Below the pieces are notes generated by a model. The model did not search any database. It saw only the letters and a list, made by a program, of their open reading frames with translations, and had not been told where the DNA came from. Shown here piece after piece: positions 1 to 8,960 of a stretch of DNA of 64,000 nt. The first letter of the stretch is position 1, and every line of letters starts with the position of its first letter. This stretch comes from an uncultured Lachnospiraceae bacterium (GTDB lineage: Bacteria; Bacillota; Clostridia; Lachnospirales; Lachnospiraceae), in NCBI GenBank assembly GCA_902794095.1, contig CADBFZ010000006.1, positions 90,092 to 154,091 on the forward strand, read 5' to 3'. Position numbers and translations under genes: made by a program.

Positions 1-1093
1 CAGTAATAAGCTGACCGAACCTGGTCTCCATGCTCATTGCAGCATCTTTACCTACGATGCTGTAGAAAGGCTGTCTTACGGAAGTCTCAAGACGGCTTGA
101 TACATCTCCAACAACGCCCTGCTCAACCAATATCTTACGAAGGGGCGCACCGGGGTTTGCAACAAGTGCATAGTCGATCATCTCGAATGCAAGTCTTGTC
201 TTGGTATCAAGCGCTTCTTCCAGCGCAAAGTTAACTGAGAAGAATGTATTCTCATCCGCATTCTCACCTTGTGAAAGAGGACACTGCTTCATTACCTTAA
301 CAGGCTGTGAAAATGCCTTCTGGATTCCTACGGATGAATCGATATCAAGCTGATTAAATCTTGAGAGATACTTTCTGTCAATGAACTCCAGATCCGAAAG
401 GAAATCAGAATTTCCGTAGAGATAAATGTAGCTGTTTGAAGGATGATAATATCTTCTGTGGAAATCAAGGAACTGCTCGTAAGTGAGCGAAGGAATATAA
501 TCCGGATCTCCACCGAATTCAACTCCGTATTCATTGTCCGGGAAAAGAGAGAACATGGACTCGGAGGAAATGATATCTTCTGCGGAAGACCTTGCTCCCT
601 TCATCTCGTTATAGACAACACCGTTTATGATGAGCTTTCCATCCTCATCATATTCATAGTGCCATCCTTCCTGACGGAAGATGCTTTCATTCTTATATAC
701 GTTGGGATAAAAGACCGCATCCAAATAGACATGCATGAGATTCCTAAAATCGGAATCATTCGTGGATGCAATGGGATAAACTGTTTTATCGGGAAAAGTA
801 AATGCGTTGAGGAATGTATTAAGAGAGCCCTTAGCGAGTTCTACAAAGGGATCCTTAAGAGGGAACTCCCTGGATCCGCATAATACGGAATGCTCAAGTA
901 TATGTGCAACACCTGTCGAATCGGTGGGAGGTGTTCTGAATCCTATGGCAAATACTTTGTTGGAATCATCGTTTTCAATGACCGAAATTCTTGCTCCGGT
1001 CTTTTTGTGTGAAAGGAGATATCCTACGGAGGCAATGTCCTTCAGTTCTCTTTTCTCAATAAGGTCGTAGTTTCTTAGCTTTTCTGTATCCAT
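1..1093 (-). CDS. M16-family zinc metallopeptidase (pitrilysin/PreP-like), N-terminal part; the gene continues past the left edge
   Basis: The minus-strand frame is uninterrupted from the ATG at 1093 to position 1. The translation MDTEKLRNYDLIEKRELKDIASVGYLLSHKKTGARISVIEND...GVAHILEHSVLCGS carries the inverted zincin HxxEH motif (HILEH). It is absent from the ORF track only because it has no in-window stop. Confidence 0.8.
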   Translation of the reverse strand, partial: MDTEKLRNYDLIEKRELKDIASVGYLLSHKKTGARISVIENDDSNKVFAIGFRTPPTDSTGVAHILEHSVLCGSREFPLKDPFVELAKGSLNTFLNAFTFPDKTVYPIASTNDSDFRNLMHVYLDAVFYPNVYKNESIFRQEGWHYEYDEDGKLIINGVVYNEMKGARSSAEDIISSESMFSLFPDNEYGVEFGGDPDYIPSLTYEQFLDFHRRYYHPSNSYIYLYGNSDFLSDLEFIDRKYLSRFNQLDIDSSVGIQKAFSQPVKVMKQCPLSQGENADENTFFSVNFALEEALDTKTRLAFEMIDYALVANPGAPLRKILVEQGVVGDVSSRLETSVRQPFYSIVGKDAAMSMETRFGQLIT

Positions 1094-1117
1094 ACCAATC
1101 CTTTTCGAATGTGAAGA

Positions 1118-1537
1118 TCAGACAGTAAGTAAAGCGAGTTTGCTACCTTTCAATTCCTGTATCAAAAGGCCTGCTTCTTTTTTCTCATCTTCACTCATAG
1201 AAACAAGTTCTTTGATCTTAATATATTTTGTTTTATAAACCTCTTCTTCGGAACCGAAGAGATGTTTTTTCTTAACCTTGATACTGACTCTTACATCAGT
1301 ATTCATCTGTTTGAAGATCTGAAATACAAAGTCATCGGAAGTAAGATAATAAAGCACAGTCTCGAGAGTGTCTTCATCGGAGTAATGAGGAAGAATGCTC
1401 TCTGCGACTACTTTGCGAAACTTGAACAATATATCATCATTAAGCGTGATCTCTTTGAGGGTATATTTAGAACCTACAAAGAAGCTTCCCGCATCCTGCA
1501 TGAAATATTTATAATCTTCGTAAATCTGTTTTGTCAC
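1118..1537 (-). CDS. hypothetical 139-aa acidic/lysine-rich protein, translationally coupled to the upstream sigma-like gene
   Basis: Complete ORF; its start at 1537 overlaps the stop of the 1534..2358 gene by 4 nt. No recognisable motif. Confidence 0.45.
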   Translation of the reverse strand: MTKQIYEDYKYFMQDAGSFFVGSKYTLKEITLNDDILFKFRKVVAESILPHYSDEDTLETVLYYLTSDDFVFQIFKQMNTDVRVSIKVKKKHLFGSEEEVYKTKYIKIKELVSMSEDEKKEAGLLIQELKGSKLALLTV

Positions 1538-2358
1538 TGCTCTCTTGTATCCTCAATTACTTCAATCTTGTAACCGGTAATCTCCATTGCATCCCTTACT
1601 GCCTTCTCAGACATCTTGGCATACTCCGCAACTTCCTTAACGGTTACTTTTCTCTCAAGAGATTCGGCAAGTTCCATAGCCTTGTCGTAAACCTTGTTGG
1701 TCTTATCTAAGATCTTATCAGCAATCTCATCTTCTGCAGATGCTTCACCGATAAGCTCTTCCATTGCATCCATTGCAAGCTTCATAAGGAAGCCTTCAAC
1801 GTCCTCGGGCTTTTCCTGGGAATCAAGGATCAGTACTCCTTTGCAAAGAGCTGCGTTGCCTTCACCGATGAGGTCTTCTAAGAGAACGCCCTGTCCGGTG
1901 TAGATCCTTGCAAGCTGCGCAATGTCCTTAAGATAGCAATTGATGAGGATGTCCATTGAGGCCCTGTCTCCTGCCATAGCGCTCATGGCGAAGGCTTTCT
2001 TTTCACCATCGGAATAAACAGGGAGCTCGTCCAGTTCCTTGATGTATTCATTAAGGTAATCGGTGTCAATCTTATCAAGGGCAAACTCGGAAAGAACAGC
2101 TTCGTTTTCCGAAGGTGTGATGCCGCCTGTGCCTGCGATGTCCTTGGCATGAAGGGATTCATCTCCGGAAAGCTTGATCTCCCATCTGATGCCGCGGCCC
2201 TTAAGGTAATCAAACACCATCTGAGTCTGGGTCTCATCGAGTTCAAGGGGTGCAAGCATCTCCTCGATGTCATGCTTATCTATGAAACCTCCCTGAGTCG
2301 CCGCTTTATGTCTCAGCGCTTCGAGAGTTTTACCGAATGCTACTTCTTTATCCATCAT
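1534..2358 (-). CDS. truncated sigma-70 (RpoD-like) paralog with regions 1.1, 1.2, 2.1-2.2 and 3.1 only; no -10 or -35 recognition regions
   Basis: KTLEALRHKAATQGGFIDKHDIEEMLAPLELDETQ...DYLKGRGIRW resembles sigma region 1.1. MDILINCYLKDIAQLARIYTGQGVLLEDLIGEGNAALCKGV aligns to region 1.2/2.1/2.2 (compare LVVSIAKRY.GRG..FLDLIQEGN.GLMKAV). TVKEVAEYAKMSEKAVRDAMEITGYKIEVIED resembles region 3.1. The protein ends at 274 aa without region 2.3/2.4 aromatic residues or region 4. Confidence 0.55.
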   Translation of the reverse strand: MMDKEVAFGKTLEALRHKAATQGGFIDKHDIEEMLAPLELDETQTQMVFDYLKGRGIRWEIKLSGDESLHAKDIAGTGGITPSENEAVLSEFALDKIDTDYLNEYIKELDELPVYSDGEKKAFAMSAMAGDRASMDILINCYLKDIAQLARIYTGQGVLLEDLIGEGNAALCKGVLILDSQEKPEDVEGFLMKLAMDAMEELIGEASAEDEIADKILDKTNKVYDKAMELAESLERKVTVKEVAEYAKMSEKAVRDAMEITGYKIEVIEDTREQ

Positions 2359-3347
2359 TAACCTCTGACGTGGGAATGTTTAAACAGGTGTGTGGAGCAA
2401 TACTCATGTGAGCCCACACATTTCGAGCAATATCTGAACTCCATATCGGGATCGGATACGTCGGTCTTGCCGCAAATGGAGCACTTGTGCCTGTACATAG
2501 TTCCGGCATGCATTTTAGGAGCTTTATCGGTCTTAGGCGCTTCCGTACTCCTGCCGCTGTTGTATTTACGTCTGAAACTGTTTTGTCTGTGAATCTGGTA
2601 AGGATTTAGGACCTTGCCCTTGATATTACTCAGATAGAAGATCAAAACGTTGAGTGCCGTAGCCAAAACGGCGCATCTTACAATAGGACCGCCGAAGAGG
2701 AGCATAAACAGCAGATATACGCTGTCTACAACTCCGAGCCATTTCATCTTGATGGGGATGACAAAATAGATGTAAATGAGTCTTTCGGGGAATGTCAGCG
2801 CATATACAAGGTAAAGGGACATATTGATGTAATAGGTGCTGAACGCATACCAGAAGTATCCGGTATTCGAAAGCTCGTTGTACATTCCGGCGTTGATCGT
2901 ATTATTTGCAATCTGGAAGTATTTGAATTGTTCATAAGTATCGATCAGATCGTAGCCGTAATGAAGGCAGAGGTATCCGAAACATACGAATGAAAAGAAA
3001 ACGGTCATAAGGATTCCGCCGAATATAAAGAGGTTATATTTAACAGTTCCCCAGGTTCTCTCGAGAATATTACCGATCCAGTAACAGCAATACATCATCA
3101 GTATTATGAAAAGGAATCCTAAAAAGGTCGGCATTCCCTCGCCTTCATAATAATTGGGCGGAATGAGGACCCAGGTAAAGATTCTCCAAATCTGTCCGTG
3201 GATGATCTGATATGGATCCAAGGCCAGATAATACATAAGTGAAGGGAAGACCATCTGGACTATATATCCCACCGCATAACCCATGATCAGCCAAAGCGTC
3301 AGGTTAGGGATGGCGTACTTACGAATTTTCTTATTAAAATTGCTCAA
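2358..3347 (-). CDS. rhomboid-like polytopic membrane protein (probably catalytically inactive) with a C-terminal cytoplasmic Cys4 zinc ribbon
   Basis: About 7 predicted TM helices. The L1/TM2 signature HGQIWRIFT...YWIGNILERTWG matches the rhomboid GQxWRxxT ... W.LG..LE..G motif. I find no GxSG serine in TM4 (FIFGGIL instead) and no TM6 histidine. The C-terminus is CSICGK...YCSKCVGSHEYC. The stop overlaps the start of the sigma-like gene by 1 nt. Confidence 0.5.
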   Translation of the reverse strand: MSNFNKKIRKYAIPNLTLWLIMGYAVGYIVQMVFPSLMYYLALDPYQIIHGQIWRIFTWVLIPPNYYEGEGMPTFLGFLFIILMMYCCYWIGNILERTWGTVKYNLFIFGGILMTVFFSFVCFGYLCLHYGYDLIDTYEQFKYFQIANNTINAGMYNELSNTGYFWYAFSTYYINMSLYLVYALTFPERLIYIYFVIPIKMKWLGVVDSVYLLFMLLFGGPIVRCAVLATALNVLIFYLSNIKGKVLNPYQIHRQNSFRRKYNSGRSTEAPKTDKAPKMHAGTMYRHKCSICGKTDVSDPDMEFRYCSKCVGSHEYCSTHLFKHSHVRG

Positions 3348-3550
3348 AATATCACTCCTGAAATAAGGATTTAAAACCTTGTAAAGTTTACCATTTTCGT
3401 GAGGTTATAACAAGTTTGGGGTCCCCACTTAATAAAACCTTAATACGGAGTTTATAATGTTGCTTTTTACCCCTTTGTCCCTATATAATTGTTTGATGTG
3501 GTTTTGAAAACCATGTAATAGGTAAGATTTTTTCACACTTGAGGTTTGAA

Positions 3551-6500
3551 ATGGAATCAAATGTTGTAAGACTTGGAATCGATATAGGATCCACCACCGT
3601 TAAGGTTGCTTTCATCGACGAAAACGGCGGTATTCTTTTTTCGGATTATAAAAGACATTTTGCCAAGATCAGAGAGACCCTCAGCGATCTCTTAAGTGAT
3701 GCATATAAAAAGCTGGGTAACAAAGAGATTCACCCCATGATCACCGGATCCGGCGGACTTACTCTTGCAAAGCACCTGGGTATTCCTTTTACACAGGAAG
3801 TTATTGCTGTATCCACATCCCTCAGAACTCTTTGTCCCGGAACCGACGTAGCCATCGAGCTGGGTGGCGAGGATGCGAAGATCATCTACTTCGAAAACGG
3901 TAATGCGGAGCAGCGTATGAACGGTATCTGCGCAGGCGGAACGGGTTCATTCATCGATCAGATGGCTTCCCTTCTTCAGACAGATGCATCGGGACTCAAT
4001 AAATATGCGGAGAGCTATCAGTCCCTTTATACCATCGCGGCTCGTTGCGGCGTATTTGCAAAGACCGATATCCAGCCTCTTATTAATGAAGGAGCTACCA
4101 AGGAAGACCTTGCCGCTTCCATTTTCCAGGCAGTTGTTAACCAGACCATTTCAGGTCTTGCGTGCGGTAAGCCCATCCGTGGCCATGTCGCATTCTTGGG
4201 AGGTCCTCTTCACTTCCTTCCCGAACTCAAGAAAGCTTTCATCAGAACTCTTAAGCTCGATGATGAGCATATAATGAAGACCGACAATTCACACCTTTTT
4301 GCTGCAATCGGATCAGCCCTTTGCACCGAAGGTGATGTTTCCTATTCTCTCGAAGAGATGGTAGAAAAGCTCGCTTCCCCCATTAAGATGGAGTTTGAAG
4401 TTGCGAGAATGGATCCTCTTTTTGCAACCGAGGAGGATTACAAGGAATTTAAAGCACGCCATGATAAGACCTGCGTCGGAAAGGGCGACCTTAAGGATGC
4501 CAAGGGTAATCTTTTCATGGGAATCGATGCAGGTTCCACCACCACCAAGATTGCGCTGGTAGACTCCGAAGGAAAGCTGGTTTACTCATTCTATTCGGGT
4601 AACGACGGAAGTCCCTTAAAGACCGCTATCAGATCCGTAACTGAGATCAAAGAAAACCTTCCCGAAGGTGCAAGAATCGCAAGAGCATGTTCTACCGGTT
4701 ACGGCGAAGCTCTTCTTAAGTCGGCATTCTTACTTGATGACGGCGAGGTTGAAACCGTAGCTCACTATACCGCAGCTGCATTCTTCGACCCCAGCGTCGA
4801 TTGTATCCTGGACATCGGCGGACAGGATATGAAGTGCATCAAGATCAAAAACAATACGGTTGATTCCGTTCTTTTAAACGAAGCATGTTCATCGGGATGC
4901 GGATCGTTCATCGAGACATTCGCTAAGTCCCTTGACTATTCCGTAATCGATTTTGCTAAGGAAGCACTCTTTGCTCCCCACCCCATCGACCTGGGAACCA
5001 GATGTACCGTATTCATGAACTCCAAGGTTAAGCAGGCTCAGAAGGAAGGCGCAACCGTTGCCGACATCTCCGCAGGTCTTGCTTATTCCGTAATCAAGAA
5101 CGCACTCTTTAAGGTAATCAAAGTATCCGATGCTACAGAGCTCGGAAGAAATATAGTAGTACAGGGCGGTACTTTCTATAACGATGCAGTCCTCAGAGCA
5201 TTTGAAAATATCGCAAATTGTAAAGCTGTCCGTCCCGACATCGCAGGTATCATGGGTGCATTCGGTGCTGCTCTCATCGCAAGGGAGCGTTATGAAGACG
5301 GATATAACACCACAATGCTGAGCCTCGATGAGATCATTAATCTCGAGTTCACCACATCCATGACCAAGTGTAAGGGATGTACCAACGCATGCCGTCTTAC
5401 CATCAATCGTTTCACCGGCGGAAGACAGTTCATCTCCGGTAACAGATGCGAGCGCGGTATCGGCGGTGTTAAAAATAAAACCGGCGTACCCAATCTCTTC
5501 GATTATAAGATCAAGAGACTCTTCTCATATCAGCCTCTCGAGCTTAACGATGCTCCAAGAGGAACCGTTGGTATTCCCAGAGTCCTAAACATGTATGAGG
5601 ATTATCCTTTCTGGTTTACCTTTTTTACAAAGCTCGGATACAGGGTAGTACTTTCACCTGCATCGACGAGAGCAATTTACGAACTCGGTATCGAATCCAT
5701 TCCATCCGAGTCAGAGTGTTATCCCGCTAAGATCTCACACGGACATATCGAGTGGCTCATTAAGCAGAATGTGGACTTCATCTTCTATCCCGCTCTCTTT
5801 TACGAGAGAAACGAGTTTAAGGAAGCAGGAAACCACTATAACTGCCCCATCGTCACTTCCTATTCCGAGAATATTAAGAACAACGTAGAGTCCATCACCA
5901 ACGGTGACGTAGTATTTAAGAATCCTTTCATGAACTTCTCGTCAAAGGAGACCATAAACTACGCTCTGAAAAAAGAATTCGAGACCATTCCTCCTTCAGA
6001 GATCGAGGCTGCTGTTTCCGCTGCATGGGATGAACTTGCAAAGGCAAGAAAAGATGTCTCCGATGAAGGCGACAAGGCTCTTCAGTATCTGAAAGAAACA
6101 GGAAAGCACGGTATAGTCCTTGCCGGTCGTCCTTATCACTGCGATCCCGAGATCAACCACGGTATCCCCGACCTGATCACTTCATATGACATTGCGGTTC
6201 TTACCGAGGATTCCATCTCACATCTGGGATGCGTTGACAGACCTCTTATCGTAATGGACCAGTGGATGTACCACTCAAGACTCTATGCAGCTGCTTCTTA
6301 TGTAAGAACAGTTGATAACCTGGATCTTGTACAGCTCTTCTCATTCGGATGCGGACTTGATGCGGTTACCACCGATCAGGTTAACGATATCCTCTCAGGC
6401 TCAGACAAGATCTACACCTGTCTTAAAATCGATGAGGTTAATAACCTGGGTGCTGCAAGAATCCGTATCAGATCACTTCTGTCCGCAATCAAGGTTCGTG

Positions 6501-7795
6501 AAAAGCAGGGCAAGACTCATGTCACCAGGCCTACCAATATCGAGAAGGTAATCTTTACCGAGGAGATGAGACAAAACTATACGATCATTTGTCCTCAGAT
6601 GTCTCCCATCCACTTCGATGTTCTGGAGCCCGCATTCAGATCCGCAGGATATAACCTTGTGGTACTTGAAGACAGTGACAAGAACGCAATCGATACCGGA
6701 CTCAAATATGTAAATAACGATGCATGCTATCCTTCACTCCTTGTAGTAGGACAGCTGATGCAGGCAATCGAGTCCGGCAAATATGATGTTAATAAGACTG
6801 CTCTTATCATCACCCAGACAGGCGGCGGATGCAGAGCGACCAACTATATCGGATTCATAAGACGAGCTCTTAAGAAAGCAGGACTGGAGCACATCCCTGT
6901 TATCTCACTTAATCTCGGTGGAATCGAAGTTAATCCCGGATTCAAGATCAACCTGGATATGATCTATCGCCTTGCACTTGGTGCAACCTTCGGTGATATC
7001 TTCATGAGATGCGTATACCGCATGCGTCCTTACGAACTTGAGAAGGGCTCCGTAAATGCGGTACACGAGAAGTGGGTTAAGGTTTGTCAGGAATTCCTTT
7101 CCACGAAAAAGAAACCGAACTTCTTCAAATTCCGCAAGATGTGTGTACAGATGATCAGGGAATTCGATGCAATTCCTGTCGATGAAACCCTTGTTAAGCC
7201 TAAAGTAGGTATCGTAGGTGAGATCCTGGTTAAATATTCACCTTCAGGAAATAACCACCTCGTTGAACTTCTCGAAAATGAAGGAGCCGAGGCTGTTTCA
7301 CCCGACCTTATGGACTTCATGCTCTACTGCTTCTACAACCAGGTATATAAAGCAGACGAGCTCGGAATGAGTAAGAAAGCAAAGAGATATTGTAACCTCG
7401 GAATATGGGCAATCGAAAAACATCTCCGCGGAATATGCACGAAGGAGTTTAGAAAGTCTAAACACTTCACTCCTCACACTCCCATCAAGGAGATCGCAGA
7501 GCTTGCAAAGCCCATCGTATCAATCGGCAATCAGACAGGTGAAGGATGGTTCCTGACAGGTGAAATGATTGAGCTGATCCACGACGGAGTTCCAAATATC
7601 GTATGCTGCCAGCCTTTCGCATGTCTTCCCAACCACGTTGTAGGTAAGGGCGTAATCAAGGCCATCAGACATGCACATCCCGGATCAAACATTGTCGCAA
7701 TCGACTACGATCCCGGTGCATCGGAAGTAAACCAGCTGAACAGAATCAAGCTCATGCTTGAAGCAGCGAAGAGAAAGATTAAAGAAAACGCATAA
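3551..7795 (+). CDS. CoA-substrate-specific enzyme activase / 2-hydroxyacyl-CoA dehydratase-related fusion protein: two BadF/BadG/BcrA/BcrD-type ATPase domains plus an HgdAB-like (DUF2229) dehydratase domain, 1414 aa
   Basis: Two acetate/sugar-kinase-fold N-termini are present: LGIDIGSTTVKVAF at residue 10 and FMGIDAGSTTTKIALV near residue 320. The C-terminal half is Cys-rich (CLPNHVVGKG), as in the dehydratase D component. GAGG lies 7 nt upstream of the ATG at 3551; the ORF-track start at 3539 is a TTG. Confidence 0.85.
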   Translation: MESNVVRLGIDIGSTTVKVAFIDENGGILFSDYKRHFAKIRETLSDLLSDAYKKLGNKEIHPMITGSGGLTLAKHLGIPFTQEVIAVSTSLRTLCPGTDVAIELGGEDAKIIYFENGNAEQRMNGICAGGTGSFIDQMASLLQTDASGLNKYAESYQSLYTIAARCGVFAKTDIQPLINEGATKEDLAASIFQAVVNQTISGLACGKPIRGHVAFLGGPLHFLPELKKAFIRTLKLDDEHIMKTDNSHLFAAIGSALCTEGDVSYSLEEMVEKLASPIKMEFEVARMDPLFATEEDYKEFKARHDKTCVGKGDLKDAKGNLFMGIDAGSTTTKIALVDSEGKLVYSFYSGNDGSPLKTAIRSVTEIKENLPEGARIARACSTGYGEALLKSAFLLDDGEVETVAHYTAAAFFDPSVDCILDIGGQDMKCIKIKNNTVDSVLLNEACSSGCGSFIETFAKSLDYSVIDFAKEALFAPHPIDLGTRCTVFMNSKVKQAQKEGATVADISAGLAYSVIKNALFKVIKVSDATELGRNIVVQGGTFYNDAVLRAFENIANCKAVRPDIAGIMGAFGAALIARERYEDGYNTTMLSLDEIINLEFTTSMTKCKGCTNACRLTINRFTGGRQFISGNRCERGIGGVKNKTGVPNLFDYKIKRLFSYQPLELNDAPRGTVGIPRVLNMYEDYPFWFTFFTKLGYRVVLSPASTRAIYELGIESIPSESECYPAKISHGHIEWLIKQNVDFIFYPALFYERNEFKEAGNHYNCPIVTSYSENIKNNVESITNGDVVFKNPFMNFSSKETINYALKKEFETIPPSEIEAAVSAAWDELAKARKDVSDEGDKALQYLKETGKHGIVLAGRPYHCDPEINHGIPDLITSYDIAVLTEDSISHLGCVDRPLIVMDQWMYHSRLYAAASYVRTVDNLDLVQLFSFGCGLDAVTTDQVNDILSGSDKIYTCLKIDEVNNLGAARIRIRSLLSAIKVREKQGKTHVTRPTNIEKVIFTEEMRQNYTIICPQMSPIHFDVLEPAFRSAGYNLVVLEDSDKNAIDTGLKYVNNDACYPSLLVVGQLMQAIESGKYDVNKTALIITQTGGGCRATNYIGFIRRALKKAGLEHIPVISLNLGGIEVNPGFKINLDMIYRLALGATFGDIFMRCVYRMRPYELEKGSVNAVHEKWVKVCQEFLSTKKKPNFFKFRKMCVQMIREFDAIPVDETLVKPKVGIVGEILVKYSPSGNNHLVELLENEGAEAVSPDLMDFMLYCFYNQVYKADELGMSKKAKRYCNLGIWAIEKHLRGICTKEFRKSKHFTPHTPIKEIAELAKPIVSIGNQTGEGWFLTGEMIELIHDGVPNIVCCQPFACLPNHVVGKGVIKAIRHAHPGSNIVAIDYDPGASEVNQLNRIKLMLEAAKRKIKENA

Positions 7796-7805
7796 CAAAT
7801 GAAAC

Positions 7806-7975
7806 ACGAGGACGCCCCAACTATCCCTCGGGTCCTGCCGCGACGCATAACTGTCTCGCTTTTCGGGATCAAGCGGCCATAGAACGATAATTGTTCTGAC
7901 TCATGCCGCAGACCACCGAAGTCTCGACAGCTTATGCATTCGCGTCACCCGGGATAGTTGTGACGTCCTCTTGTT
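7806..7975. other. ~165-bp imperfect palindrome bounded by ~25-bp terminal inverted repeats (GAGGACGccCCAACTATCCCtcGGG ... CCCGGGATAGTTGtgaCGTCCTC); a MITE/ERIC-like element or structured RNA, also acting as a terminator for the convergent genes
   Basis: The terminal inverted repeats at 7808-7832 and 7948-7970 are seen directly. Further internal complementarity exists (gggt/accc, gacgc/gcgtc, ataa/ttat, ctgtc/gacag, an inner gaac-gataatt-gttc hairpin). The closing stem is followed by a T-tract at 7971-7992. The element fills the gap between the stop of the 1414-aa gene (7795) and the stop of the radical SAM gene (7976). Confidence 0.45.
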
Positions 7976-8842
7976 TTACATTATTTTTTTGATTTCATTT
8001 AGAACGCACTTCTTATCCCCGGTCCAGAGGGGGGCGACGAGGATCTTCTTCGGCCCGTCACCGGTAAGTCTGTGAACTATTACATCATCAGGAATAAGCG
8101 GAATGAGTTCCTTGAGTAGGTCCATATACTCTTCCATGGTCATCACCGGAACTTTTCCCAACTTGTAATCTTCATAGAGGTCGGTACCTTTAAGGACATG
8201 TAAAAGCTGAAGTTTAATTCCCTGAATTCCGGATGCACAGACGTACTTTACGGTCTCCTTCATGTCTTCCGTTGATTCGCCGGGAAGTCCTAAGATCACA
8301 TGGACTATGGTCTCGATTCCGATTTCTCTAAGTCGTTTGACGCATTCATCGTAAACCTTAAGTTCATATCCTCTTCTAATGTACTCTGCTGATTTAGGAT
8401 GAATTGTCTGAAGTCCAAGTTCTATCCAAATAGGCTTAATCTTGTTTAATTCAGCGAGAAGTTCATACATCTCATCGGAGATTGAATCAGGTCTTGTTCC
8501 GATTGAAACAGCCACTATATCATCAGGCTCCATGGCCTGTCTGTAAACATTCTCTAAGTACTTTATATCCCCATAAGTATTGGTAAAACTCTGGAAATAT
8601 GCGATATATTTGGCATCCTGTCCTGTTTTGGCGGACACACGTGCTTTGGCTTCTTCTATCTGGTCGAGAATGGATTTGCCGCGGCATGCCGCAAAATCGC
8701 CGGAGCCTCCCTCGGAGCAAAAGATGCAGCCTCTCGTGTCAATGGAGCCGTCCCTTACAGGGCATGTGACATCCGCCTGAAGAGACAGTTTGTAGACTTT
8801 GCATCCGTATTCTTTTTTCAAATACTCGTTTAATGTGACCAA
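7976..8842 (-). CDS. radical SAM protein, TIGR01212 (YhcC-like) family
   Basis: Cys cluster CPVRDGSIDTRGCIFCSEGGSG near the N-terminus; the length (288 aa) and overall pattern fit the TIGR01212 family. Confidence 0.75.
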   Translation of the reverse strand: MVTLNEYLKKEYGCKVYKLSLQADVTCPVRDGSIDTRGCIFCSEGGSGDFAACRGKSILDQIEEAKARVSAKTGQDAKYIAYFQSFTNTYGDIKYLENVYRQAMEPDDIVAVSIGTRPDSISDEMYELLAELNKIKPIWIELGLQTIHPKSAEYIRRGYELKVYDECVKRLREIGIETIVHVILGLPGESTEDMKETVKYVCASGIQGIKLQLLHVLKGTDLYEDYKLGKVPVMTMEEYMDLLKELIPLIPDDVIVHRLTGDGPKKILVAPLWTGDKKCVLNEIKKIM

Positions 8843-8960
8843 TTATAAATCCCGCGATATCTGAATTATTTACGGCAAATAATACCTTGATTATTATCCG
8901 CTCGTCTAATAATCTGTAATTACGTACTCAACTATACCACATTACATCAAGGAGAATCTT

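Noticed and set aside
443-1070. Plus-strand ORFs 443..883 and 807..1070 from the six-frame track
   Set aside because: They lie entirely inside the minus-strand M16 peptidase reading frame, which has a clear HxxEH motif and runs off the window edge. They are antisense artefacts.
3348-3550. Cis-regulatory RNA upstream of the 1414-aa gene
   Set aside because: This is an AT-rich divergent promoter region. I could not recognise any conserved riboswitch core. It is best treated as a plain promoter (TATAAT-like box at ~3483).
7806-7975. Riboswitch or T-box leader
   Set aside because: The element lies between two convergent stop codons, so it is not in the 5' leader of any gene on either strand. 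It is a 3'-end element, mobile element or stand-alone RNA.
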